DNA of 64,000 bases, taken from NCBI GenBank assembly GCA_902538705.1, contig CACBGD010000001.1:64022-128021 (forward strand), written 5' to 3'. Within the stretch, counting starts at the first letter, position 1, and each line of letters begins with the position of its first letter. A program made the position numbers and the translations under genes. Below the pieces are notes generated by a model, which was not told the origin of the DNA, ran no database searches, and was given only the letters and a program-made list of their open reading frames with translations. This document shows positions 44,849 through 53,287 of this stretch, piece by piece. The stretch is from an uncultured SAR86 cluster bacterium. Lineage in GTDB: Bacteria; Pseudomonadota; Gammaproteobacteria; Magnimaribacterales; D2472.

Positions 44849-45896
44849 CAAAAAAAAGTTACTGATACCTTTTTTATTTTTAAGTTATTCAGTTTTAGCT
44901 TCAACACCCAGCCTAGGAATATATATTTTTGATGAGTATCAAAATATCCATAATTTGCTTAAAGAAAAGGAGAAAGAAGATCCTAAAGCATCACTTCTTC
45001 TTTCAAATGCAAAGCTTTATTCAATTGATTATTCTCCGTCATCTTTCATAAGAACAAATCGCCCTAATCCAGCCTATCCAACGCAACAATCTCAAGATGG
45101 TATAGAGGGATATGCTGTTGTCACTTTTAAAATAAATGATGATGGATCTACTTCGGATCATTACATAAGTGACTCAAATCCCAGAGAGTATTTTAATGAG
45201 GCGTCTTTAGAGTCTGCCAAAAATCTTAGATATGCCTTTGGACAACTCACTGATAAGAGAGAACATAGCTATAGATTTATTTATAGGCTTAATGAGAGAA
45301 GTAGAAAGGTTCCAAATGGATATTTCACATGCTTAAACTTAATAAAACAAGCTAGATTCTCTGAAGCAAAAGATTGCTCCCAAAAGAGAAAAACATTCTC
45401 AGATGAAGTTGTTTCAGATGTTTATAAGGTAATAACAGCAGAGGCGGATTATTATTTAGGTAACAAGCAGGAAGCTATAGATGCATTATTTAAAATAATA
45501 AAAGATGAGTCTCAGGAAAGCTTCTATCTAAAAACTCTAGCAATAGCAAACCTCACTACATTCCTTTTTTATGAAGAACGATTTCAGGAAATTATTTCTT
45601 TAGAAAATATGTTGGATCAGATCAGGAAGCTTGGATACCAAGAACAGCTTATCGATAGCCACTATTACTTGGGAGTTTCCCATTTTTATTCGGGAAATAA
45701 TATAGATTCTCTTTTTTACCTTAAACTTTCATTACAAGACACTAACTGTAAACAAACTTTTCGTCTTGAGCCAGGCGAGTCTTTTATAAATTGGAAAAAG
45801 AATTCATTATATAGATTATATCCAGATAAAATTTGCTATTCAGACTTCTATGCAAGATCAATAAAAACGTTAGAAGCAATCAATCGAGTCATTTGA
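44835..45896 (+). CDS. Secreted protein with a TonB C-terminal-like domain plus a helical repeat region; start trimmed
   Basis: The internal Met at 44835 gives a signal-like N-terminus (MNLTSKKKLLIPFLFLSYSVLAS). NPAYPTQQSQDGIEGYAVVTFKINDDGST...EASLESAKNLRY resembles the TonB_C fold. No proline-rich spacer is present and no exbBD genes are nearby. Confidence 0.55.
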   Translation: MNLTSKKKLLIPFLFLSYSVLASTPSLGIYIFDEYQNIHNLLKEKEKEDPKASLLLSNAKLYSIDYSPSSFIRTNRPNPAYPTQQSQDGIEGYAVVTFKINDDGSTSDHYISDSNPREYFNEASLESAKNLRYAFGQLTDKREHSYRFIYRLNERSRKVPNGYFTCLNLIKQARFSEAKDCSQKRKTFSDEVVSDVYKVITAEADYYLGNKQEAIDALFKIIKDESQESFYLKTLAIANLTTFLFYEERFQEIISLENMLDQIRKLGYQEQLIDSHYYLGVSHFYSGNNIDSLFYLKLSLQDTNCKQTFRLEPGESFINWKKNSLYRLYPDKICYSDFYARSIKTLEAINRVI

Positions 45897-45928
45897 ATTA
45901 AGAACAATCTTTAAGCTTAAAAACTGCT

Positions 45929-46441
45929 TTAGCTATTCACTTCTATTCTTGTAACAGGAGCGTACTGCATCTCTTCAGGGAGCAAGACCTTTATGCCATG
46001 GATTTCTCTGAGATGACTAATTTTCTTTGAAAGGTAGTCTTCAGGAACCTTAAAAGGCCATTTCTTTTTCATTTTGAGTGCTCTAAAAACAACTTTTCGT
46101 TTAATACCTCCAAGCTTCCAATATATTTTTATAAAACCAAAAACACCAAACTCTTTATACAAGTCTTTATAAAGTTGCTTTAACTGCGGAAGATTTTGGT
46201 ATGAGAGGAGATAGCTAAGCTTCCACTTGCTTCCCCAAAGAACCCAACTATCAAGAATGGCTTCTTGCTCAATAGATATGTCTAAGCCAAAGATTACATG
46301 TGTGCAGTCATGATCTCTAAGTAAAGTACCAGTCTCCTTACTATCTTCAAGTATTTCTATAGATTCAGGAAATGATTTGTAATAACACTCTAGGCCTTCT
46401 AGGAGAGTTAGATCACAATCTTGTCTCTGATATTCAAGCAT
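45929..46441 (-). CDS. Hypothetical protein with a Coq4-like HDxxH-x11-E motif
   Basis: 170 aa. The motif is read directly as HDCTH-VIFGLDISIEQ-E. The family assignment is tentative. It overlaps the engB stop by 1 nt. Confidence 0.4.
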   Translation of the reverse strand: MLEYQRQDCDLTLLEGLECYYKSFPESIEILEDSKETGTLLRDHDCTHVIFGLDISIEQEAILDSWVLWGSKWKLSYLLSYQNLPQLKQLYKDLYKEFGVFGFIKIYWKLGGIKRKVVFRALKMKKKWPFKVPEDYLSKKISHLREIHGIKVLLPEEMQYAPVTRIEVNS

Positions 46442-47076
46442 TACTCTATAAATTCTAGTATTTTTTTTGAAAGCTTGTCAAAACCTTCATCATTCTTCGA
46501 TGACGTGACGATTACATTATGAGAATTAAGTTTTCTCTCAATATCCTTAATTGATTTTGAAATAGCCGAGTTATTGAGTTTATCACTTTTGGTTAAAACA
46601 GAAATGAAAGGAACACTATACTTGTTACAAAACTCAATCATCTGCACGTCATTTTCTCTCAATGGATGTCTAATATCCATGAAAATAACGGCAGCACGTA
46701 GTGATTTTCGCGTAGAAAAATATTTATCAAGCAAAATATTCAAATTTTTCTTTTTATCGGTAGATATTTTGGAAAATCCATATCCTGGTAAGTCGACAAG
46801 CTTTATTTCATCAGTAACCTTAAAAAAATTGATTTCTGTGGTTCTTCCAGGAGTTTTACTTGTTCTTGCCAATTTTTTATTTTTTGCTAAGCAGTTAAGA
46901 GCACTCGATTTTCCGGCATTTGACCTTCCAGCCAATACAAACTCAAAGCCATCATCTATAGGCATTTTTTTTATATCTAATACACCTTTTATAAAGACTG
47001 TATCCTTGAAAATGTTTTGCATTTTTATGTTTGTTTGAACCTCTGTTGGGTTTATAATACCGTTTCTAAATAACAT
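46441..47076 (-). CDS. engB: Ribosome biogenesis GTPase EngB (YihA/YsxC)
   Basis: 211 aa with G1 (GRSNAGKSSALN), G3 (DLPGYG) and G4 (TKSDK). Lies near polA, as in other gammaproteobacteria. Confidence 0.9.
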   Translation of the reverse strand: MLFRNGIINPTEVQTNIKMQNIFKDTVFIKGVLDIKKMPIDDGFEFVLAGRSNAGKSSALNCLAKNKKLARTSKTPGRTTEINFFKVTDEIKLVDLPGYGFSKISTDKKKNLNILLDKYFSTRKSLRAAVIFMDIRHPLRENDVQMIEFCNKYSVPFISVLTKSDKLNNSAISKSIKDIERKLNSHNVIVTSSKNDEGFDKLSKKILEFIE

Positions 47077-47103
47077 CGTATATCCATTAAATATATTAAC
47101 AAT

Positions 47104-47706
47104 ATGAAAAATTCATTACTCTCAATCTTATTTTTAATGAGTGGAGCTTTATATTCTTTTGAACCTGTTTTAGGAAGGGACTATAGTCTTTTAGACAGCC
47201 CTTTACCGATTAAGAAGGATGGTAATGTTGAGGTACTTGAAATCTTTTGGTATGGCTGCGGACATTGCTACTCAATGGAATCAAAACTTAAAGCATGGAA
47301 TAAAACAGCACCAGAGTATGTAAAGTTTAAAAAGATGCCAGTTACTTGGGGACCAGTACATAAACTTCATGCCTCACTTTTTTATACTATTGAATCCGTT
47401 AAAACTGAACAAGACCTTCACAATGCAGTATTTTCAACAATACACAATGAAAGGAATTTTCTAGCTAGCGAACAGGCTGCAACAAAATTTTTTAATAAGA
47501 TGGGTGTAGCTCCATCAGAATTTTCAAGGTATATGAACTCTTTTAGTGTTAAACAACGCGTCAATAGAGCTATAGAATTAACTAAACAGCTAAGAGTAGA
47601 TTCTGTTCCCATGTTGATTGTAGATGGCAAGTACAAGGTAGCTGCAAGGGAAAATGCACTCCAGACAGTTGATTATTTAGTTGAAAAGCAAAAAACAGAG
47701 TCATAA
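47104..47706 (+). CDS. dsbA: Thiol:disulfide interchange protein DsbA
   Basis: 200 aa with a signal peptide and the active site FWYGCGHCY. Confidence 0.85.
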   Translation: MKNSLLSILFLMSGALYSFEPVLGRDYSLLDSPLPIKKDGNVEVLEIFWYGCGHCYSMESKLKAWNKTAPEYVKFKKMPVTWGPVHKLHASLFYTIESVKTEQDLHNAVFSTIHNERNFLASEQAATKFFNKMGVAPSEFSRYMNSFSVKQRVNRAIELTKQLRVDSVPMLIVDGKYKVAARENALQTVDYLVEKQKTES

Positions 47707-47709
47707 ATT

Positions 47710-48291
47710 ATGAAAAACACTTTATTTCTGTCTTTATTTTTTTTAACAAGTTTGGCTTTTGCTGGAAAAAAATATGAAGATCAAGTCATTGAAAGAATTA
47801 CTTGCCCAACCCAAAAATGTGAGGAAGGTCAAACCCTGGAAATTGAAATTCCTTCATTGATGGAAGATACTTCTGCAGAAGCTGTTGAAAAAGTACAACT
47901 ATCCGAAGGCTCGGAACACGTTATAAAAATGCTTAACTCAGGTGATGGCGGACAAATGATTTTTGAGCCGGCAGTTATAAAGGTATCTGTCGGCGACACC
48001 ATTCACTTTAAAGCTACAGATGCAGCGCATAACTCTGTTTCTGTTGATGGTATGGTACCCTCGGGTGCAGCTAGTTGGGCAAGTCAATTGAGCCAAGACA
48101 TAAGTATTACATTGGACAAAGAGGGTGTATATGTTTACCAATGTGATCCTCATCTTATTATGGCAATGGTTGGAGTGATTCAGGTTGGCGAAGCAGTCAA
48201 TATGGATGAGATTAAAAGCGCAGCTTCAAGCTATAGTGCCAATTTCTTAATGAATAACGACAGGCTTCAAACCTATCTGAATCAACTGTAA
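47710..48291 (+). CDS. Pseudoazurin-like blue copper protein with an N-terminal extension
   Basis: 193 aa with a signal peptide. The type-1 Cu ligand pattern is H (AAHNS) ... C-x2-H-x4-M (YQCDPHLIMAM). Confidence 0.75.
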   Translation: MKNTLFLSLFFLTSLAFAGKKYEDQVIERITCPTQKCEEGQTLEIEIPSLMEDTSAEAVEKVQLSEGSEHVIKMLNSGDGGQMIFEPAVIKVSVGDTIHFKATDAAHNSVSVDGMVPSGAASWASQLSQDISITLDKEGVYVYQCDPHLIMAMVGVIQVGEAVNMDEIKSAASSYSANFLMNNDRLQTYLNQL

Positions 48292-48989
48292 AGACTGTTA
48301 ATTACTTCAGTCAGTCCTTGCCATGAGCTGAACTCCAAAGGTTTTTCTATGCCCTCAACATCCCAAATTTCTTTTTTTGGATTAAACCAAAGGGCTTCAA
48401 CTCCATAGTTAATAGCTCCAAACACATCATTTATTTTGTGATCACCAATATGTAATATTTCTTCTTTACTAACTCCCAATAGTTCCTTTGCTTTATGAAA
48501 GTGATTTTCACTTGGTTTATTTGCAAATACATCTTTTGAAGAAATATTAAATTTAAAAAATTTACTAATGCCAATAATTTTAATATCGGCATTTCCATTT
48601 GTCAGACAACCTAATTCATATATTTTAGAAAGCTTCATAATTTCATCCAAAACATAAGGAAAAAACTTTACATTATTTCTTTCTTTAAAAAATAATTGAA
48701 AAGCTTTCTCAGATAGTTCATCTGCAGTTTCTGGATCAGATATACGCTCCTGTATTTTCATAAATAGTAGTCTTTTTCTTAGTTTCCCAACGTCGAATTC
48801 GTATGAAACATCTTCGACAATAAGTTTCTCTCTTATTATTTTAAAGTCTTCCCAGGAGCCCCACTCTAATTTCCCGATCCTATCTTCTATAAATTTCCTA
48901 GTTTTCATTTCAGCATTAATAAGCACTGGTTTTACATCCCAGAAAGTATCATCGAGGTCAAAAGTTATCGCTTTGATTTTTTTATTCAT
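48282..48989 (-). CDS. HAD-superfamily hydrolase (YigB-like)
   Basis: 235 aa with HAD motif I (FDLDDTFWD) and a late GDHKINDV motif. It lies directly downstream of xerC, as yigB does in E. coli. Confidence 0.75.
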   Translation of the reverse strand: MNKKIKAITFDLDDTFWDVKPVLINAEMKTRKFIEDRIGKLEWGSWEDFKIIREKLIVEDVSYEFDVGKLRKRLLFMKIQERISDPETADELSEKAFQLFFKERNNVKFFPYVLDEIMKLSKIYELGCLTNGNADIKIIGISKFFKFNISSKDVFANKPSENHFHKAKELLGVSKEEILHIGDHKINDVFGAINYGVEALWFNPKKEIWDVEGIEKPLEFSSWQGLTEVINSLYS

Positions 48990-48991
48990 TT

Positions 48992-49888
48992 TTATTTTTT
49001 TGCTCTTGGATGTGACCTGTCATAAATTTTAACAAGGTGTTGATAGTCTAAGTTTGTATATATTTGTGTTGTAGACAATGAGCTGTGACCCAATAACTCC
49101 TGTATTGATCTTAAATCTCCAGATGATTCAAGCATATGGGTAGCAAAGCTATGCCTTAACATATGAGGATTAATTGGAGGTAGCCCTTGTTTAATTGCAA
49201 GTTTCTTTAAACGAAGCTGGATACTTCTAGTAGTAAGCCTTCCTCCAGCCTTATTAACAAAAAGTGCTCCATCTTTATTAGTTATTTTCTTTCTCTCTTC
49301 TAACCAGTTATCAATTGCAATTATGGCAAATCTTCCTAAAGGAACCAATCGAGTTTTAGACCCCTTACCAACCACTCTTAAAAAATCTTTATCTTCTTCA
49401 AAATCCTGGATATTTACACTCACTGTTTCTGAAACTCTTAACCCAGAGGAATACATTAATTCTATTATTGCCAAGTCTCTTATTTCTATTAATGAGGTAG
49501 GCTTAAAATCCAATAACCTATTGATTTGCTCAGGGGTTAAAGTCTCTGGAAGTTTTTTTTCTATCCTTGGCCCTGAGATAAGCTCAAAGGGAGATTGACC
49601 AATGAGATGGTTTTTTTGAAGATATTTAAAGAAACCTTTAACAGAAGACAGATGTCTTTGAATACTTCTTGAGCCAATATTCGTAGAGTAGAGAGAGCCT
49701 ATCCATGAGCTACATATTTCTTCAGATATATCGTCTAATTTATTAATTTTACTCAATGCAAGAAAGTTTCTAAATTTTAAAATATCTCTTTTGTAGGCAT
49801 CTATAGAGTTGCCCGAAAGATTTTTTATGTCTTTTAAAAAACCTAAGTAGTCTTGAATAAGGCAATCAATGAAGAATTTTTTAGACAT
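48992..49888 (-). CDS. xerC: Tyrosine recombinase XerC (chromosome dimer resolution)
   Basis: 298 aa with the catalytic region HMLRHSFATHML...LLGHSSLSTTQIYT. The xerC call over xerD rests on DUF484-xerC-HAD synteny. Confidence 0.85.
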   Translation of the reverse strand: MSKKFFIDCLIQDYLGFLKDIKNLSGNSIDAYKRDILKFRNFLALSKINKLDDISEEICSSWIGSLYSTNIGSRSIQRHLSSVKGFFKYLQKNHLIGQSPFELISGPRIEKKLPETLTPEQINRLLDFKPTSLIEIRDLAIIELMYSSGLRVSETVSVNIQDFEEDKDFLRVVGKGSKTRLVPLGRFAIIAIDNWLEERKKITNKDGALFVNKAGGRLTTRSIQLRLKKLAIKQGLPPINPHMLRHSFATHMLESSGDLRSIQELLGHSSLSTTQIYTNLDYQHLVKIYDRSHPRAKK

Positions 49889-50517
49889 TAAGCTTGTAAA
49901 GTTTTTAGCTTAGCTTCCGTTATATCTCTAATAAACTCAATGAAAGTTGTATCCTCATCTCCTAAATATCTAGTCTTATCTTTCGAGCCAATAAGCAATA
50001 AGCCAATCCTGTTCTTGTTTTTGAAAACGCTTATTACAGCTGATTTAATTGAATCATCTCCAAAAAGGATTTTAATTTTATCATTAGCAAAACTGCCATG
50101 TTTTGTTTCACCAACAGAAAAATTCATTCCAGTATTTTCCTCAAGACTATTCATTTGACTATTAGTAAAAAACTTTAAATGCGCTGCATCAACAGAAAAT
50201 ATTTTTTTTAGACTTGTCAGCATTAACTCAACTAGCGCCCCCTCATCCTCAGCGGTAACTAACTTTATAATTAAAGCTTTTGACTTTGTGAATAATTCTT
50301 CATTTTCAGATGCATTAGACAAGAAAATAGATAGGTTGTTAAGAAGATCTTTTTGTTCGTTTCTAAGCTTTCGCACTTGCCTTTCAAGAAGAGATTCTGC
50401 TTTTCCAGGTGAGTGTTTGAAATTAAGCTCGCCAACTATCGATTCCCTAGTAAGAAAGAAATCAGTATTCTTTAAAAGATAAAGCTCAACCTCTTTTGCA
50501 TTAATTTTATCACTCAT
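49888..50517 (-). CDS. DUF484 (YigA-like) protein
   Basis: 209 aa with an N-terminal YLLKNTDFF...SLLERQVRKLR pattern typical of DUF484. Lies upstream of xerC. Confidence 0.65.
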   Translation of the reverse strand: MSDKINAKEVELYLLKNTDFFLTRESIVGELNFKHSPGKAESLLERQVRKLRNEQKDLLNNLSIFLSNASENEELFTKSKALIIKLVTAEDEGALVELMLTSLKKIFSVDAAHLKFFTNSQMNSLEENTGMNFSVGETKHGSFANDKIKILFGDDSIKSAVISVFKNKNRIGLLLIGSKDKTRYLGDEDTTFIEFIRDITEAKLKTLQA

Positions 50518-50558
50518 AATTTATTATAAGCAATTTTAGAAAATAAGCCTTTTATCCT

Positions 50559-51953
50559 TTAGTACTTATAGGATTCTTCTTTGAAAGGTCCTTCTTGTGG
50601 GACATTAATATAATCAGCTTGCTCTTCAGTAAGTTGTGTAACAATACCTCCAAAGCCTTGAACCATAAGGGAGGCAACTTCTTCGTCAAGTTTTTTAGGC
50701 AGGACTTCTACTTGAATTAATTCTTTCTTCTTATCTTCATCATTTACATTTGCAAACCCAGCTGAGTAAAGGTGCATTTGGGCAAGTACTTGGTTTGCAA
50801 ATGATCCATCCATAATTCTGCTTGGATGACCTGTTGCATTTCCAAGGTTCACTAATCTTCCTTCAGCCAAAAGTATCAGATAGTTTTTACTTGATAAGTC
50901 AGGCTCCTGATCGGGTGAACAATCTCTAAATATTCTATGAACTTGTGGTTTTACTTCTTCCCAATGCCATTCTTCCTGCATATATTTAGTGTCTATTTCT
51001 GTATCAAAATGCCCGATATTACAAACTACAGCTCCATCTTTAAGTGTTGAAAGCATTGCTGAATCACATACATTTACGTTACCTGTTGTAGTAACGAGCA
51101 CATCTGTATCTTGCATTAAATCTTTATTAATGTCGTCTGTATTTCCCGTTACCTTTCCGTCTGAATAACATGAAACAACTGAAAAACCATCCATACAAGC
51201 TTGCATCGCGCATATTGGATCAGACTCTGTAACTCGAACCACCATACCTTCTTGAGCAAGACTAGCTGCTGATCCTTTTCCAACATCACCATAACCAATA
51301 ACAAGTGCTTTTTTTCCTGAAAGAAGCATATCGGTACCACGTTTTATTCCGTCATTAAGACTATGTCTACACCCATATTTATTATCATTCTTAGCTTTTG
51401 TAACTGAGTCATTAACATTAATTGCAGGAACTTTAAGTTCTCCTTTTTCGAGCATAGCCTTTAGTCTATGAACTCCTGTGGTAGTTTCTTCAGATATTCC
51501 ATGAATTGTTTCAAGCATTTCTTCGAATCTTGTATGAACCATGTGAGTAAGATCCCCACCATCATCTAAAATCATATTTGCATCCCATGGCTTTCCATCT
51601 TTTAAGATTGTTTGCTCAATACACCAGTCAAATTCTTCGTCTGTTTGTCCTTTCCATGCAAAAACTGGAATACCAGCTTTTGCCATAGCTGCAGCGGCAT
51701 GATCCTGAGTTGAAAAAATATTGCATCCTGACCATCGAAGTTCAGCTCCAAGATCAACCAATGTTTCCATTAATACTGCCGTTTGGATAGTCATATGAAT
51801 GCAGCCCATAATCTTTGCACCAGCAAGGGGTTGCTCTGCTTTATATTTTTCCCTTAACGCCATAAGTGCAGGCATCTCATTTTCAGCAAGAGATATTTCT
51901 CTTCTTCCAAAATCAGCAAGTTCGATATCAGCTACTTTGAAGTCATTACTCAT
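50559..51953 (-). CDS. ahcY: Adenosylhomocysteinase
   Basis: 464 aa with [27 protein letters not shown] and the NAD motif [10 protein letters not shown]. It starts 18 nt after the metK stop. Confidence 0.95.
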   Translation of the reverse strand: MSNDFKVADIELADFGRREISLAENEMPALMALREKYKAEQPLAGAKIMGCIHMTIQTAVLMETLVDLGAELRWSGCNIFSTQDHAAAAMAKAGIPVFAWKGQTDEEFDWCIEQTILKDGKPWDANMILDDGGDLTHMVHTRFEEMLETIHGISEETTTGVHRLKAMLEKGELKVPAINVNDSVTKAKNDNKYGCRHSLNDGIKRGTDMLLSGKKALVIGYGDVGKGSAASLAQEGMVVRVTESDPICAMQACMDGFSVVSCYSDGKVTGNTDDINKDLMQDTDVLVTTTGNVNVCDSAMLSTLKDGAVVCNIGHFDTEIDTKYMQEEWHWEEVKPQVHRIFRDCSPDQEPDLSSKNYLILLAEGRLVNLGNATGHPSRIMDGSFANQVLAQMHLYSAGFANVNDEDKKKELIQVEVLPKKLDEEVASLMVQGFGGIVTQLTEEQADYINVPQEGPFKEESYKY

Positions 51954-51971
51954 AATATTTCCTTTTTATAG

Positions 51972-53123
51972 TTATTTAATTTGGCTTGAAATATCAGTAT
52001 TTTCCCACGAAAAATCTTTATTTTCTCTACCAAAATGCCCATAGGAGGCAGTATTTTTATATATTGGCCTCTTTAAATCAAGAAGATTGATCAGATTCTT
52101 AGGCCTAAGATCAAAATTGTCTCTAACAATTTGCGAAATCTCATTTTCAGGCAAGTTTCCTGTCCCCAGAGTATCAACAGTGATAGATGTAGGTTCTGCA
52201 ATACCTATCGCATAAGAAACTTGTACTTCACATCTTTCAGCAAGACCGGCAGCTACAATATTTTTTGCAACATATCTGCAAGCATATGCTGCAGATCTAT
52301 CTACCTTTGATGGATCTTTCCCTGAAAATGCACCACCACCATGTCTCGCCATTCCTCCATATGTATCAACAATAATCTTCCTCCCAGTTAAACCACAATC
52401 ACCAACAGGACCACCAATTACAAACTTTCCAGTTGGATTTATATATATTTTTGTATCCTTTTTAATCCATTCAGTTGGAATTATCGGATTGATAATCTTC
52501 TCGCGGACCTTTGCTTTAATTTCATCTTGAGGAATATCCTCATCATGTTGAGTCGACAAAACAATAGCAGAAACATAATCTACTGTTTTTCTATCATCCT
52601 TATAGACAACACTGACCTGACTTTTAGCATCTGGCCTAAGCCAGCTTAACTCACCATTCTTTCTTACTTCAGATTGTTTTAAGACGAGCTCATGAGATAA
52701 ATTAATTGGAGCAGGCATTAGAACAGGCGTTTCAGAGCATGCATATCCAAACATTAATCCCTGGTCACCAGCGCCTTGATCTAAGTCTTCACCCTCACCT
52801 TCATTAACACCTTGAGCGATATCTAGTGACTGCTTTGAAATTAGATTTTGGATTTCACAATTACTTCCATTGAAGCCTAAATCATCATGGTTATAACCTA
52901 TGTCATTAACGGTATTTCTTATTACCTCTTCGATATTTGGCGTGCCGCTAGAAGTTATTTCGCCAGCAACAATGACAGTATTATTTTTAATAAGTGTCTC
53001 ACAAGCAACTCTACTATTTGGATCTTGTTCAAGGTAAGAATCAAGAATAGCATCGGAGATTTGATCACAAACCTTATCAGGATGACCTTCTGAGACAGAT
53101 TCAGATGTAAATATATAACTCAT
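51972..53123 (-). CDS. metK: S-adenosylmethionine synthase
   Basis: 383 aa with [26 protein letters not shown] and the GGGAFSGKD loop. Confidence 0.95.
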   Translation of the reverse strand: MSYIFTSESVSEGHPDKVCDQISDAILDSYLEQDPNSRVACETLIKNNTVIVAGEITSSGTPNIEEVIRNTVNDIGYNHDDLGFNGSNCEIQNLISKQSLDIAQGVNEGEGEDLDQGAGDQGLMFGYACSETPVLMPAPINLSHELVLKQSEVRKNGELSWLRPDAKSQVSVVYKDDRKTVDYVSAIVLSTQHDEDIPQDEIKAKVREKIINPIIPTEWIKKDTKIYINPTGKFVIGGPVGDCGLTGRKIIVDTYGGMARHGGGAFSGKDPSKVDRSAAYACRYVAKNIVAAGLAERCEVQVSYAIGIAEPTSITVDTLGTGNLPENEISQIVRDNFDLRPKNLINLLDLKRPIYKNTASYGHFGRENKDFSWENTDISSQIK

Positions 53124-53186
53124 AATTAATCCTTGTTTCTTAGCAGATTAAGCTTGCAAGAAACTGAAATCACTATTTAGACATTT
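53124..53186 (-). ncRNA. Candidate structured 5' leader of metK-ahcY: a hairpin with loop-to-SD pseudoknot potential
   Basis: In the minus-strand RNA the stem GUUUCUU (53164-53158) pairs with AAGAAAC (53141-53135). Loop UUAAUC (53151-53146) is complementary to GAUUAA (53131-53126), which overlaps the AAGGA SD just upstream of the AUG. I have no match to a known riboswitch consensus. Confidence 0.25.
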
Positions 53187-53215
53187 ATTTTATAAGTCTG
53201 CACTAATTTAAGCAA
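53187..53215 (-). promoter_or_regulatory. Possible sigma70 promoter of metK (TTGCTT-N17-TAAAAT)
   Basis: Hexamers read on the minus strand: -35 at 53215-53210 and -10 at 53192-53187. They would give a leader of about 60 nt. AT-rich sequence makes chance matches likely. Confidence 0.3.
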
Positions 53216-53287
53216 TTTAATATTATTTATATATATAAATACCCTCAACTTCATATTATGATTACACTATTCGAGGATATCTAGAAA

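Noticed and set aside
46574-47038. A 154-aa ORF antisense to engB, with similar antisense track ORFs at 290-643, 10863-11168, 24986-25306, 42685-42999 and 57910-58221.
   Set aside because: Each lies fully inside a well-supported conserved gene on the other strand. Their compositions are low-complexity and rich in F, L, S and I, as expected for shadow frames in AT-rich DNA. None shows a recognisable motif.
48992-49888. A tyrosine recombinase, considered as a marker of an integrated mobile element.
   Set aside because: It is flanked by DUF484 and a YigB-like HAD hydrolase, exactly as chromosomal xerC is in E. coli. It is the dimer-resolution recombinase, not a phage or ICE integrase.
53124-53190. 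Assigning the metK leader to the SAM-II or SAM-V riboswitch class.
   Set aside because: From memory of those consensus sequences, the conserved AAAGCU-type 3' strand and the triplex-forming U-tract are not present. Only the general pseudoknot logic is similar, so it is reported as an unclassified candidate.
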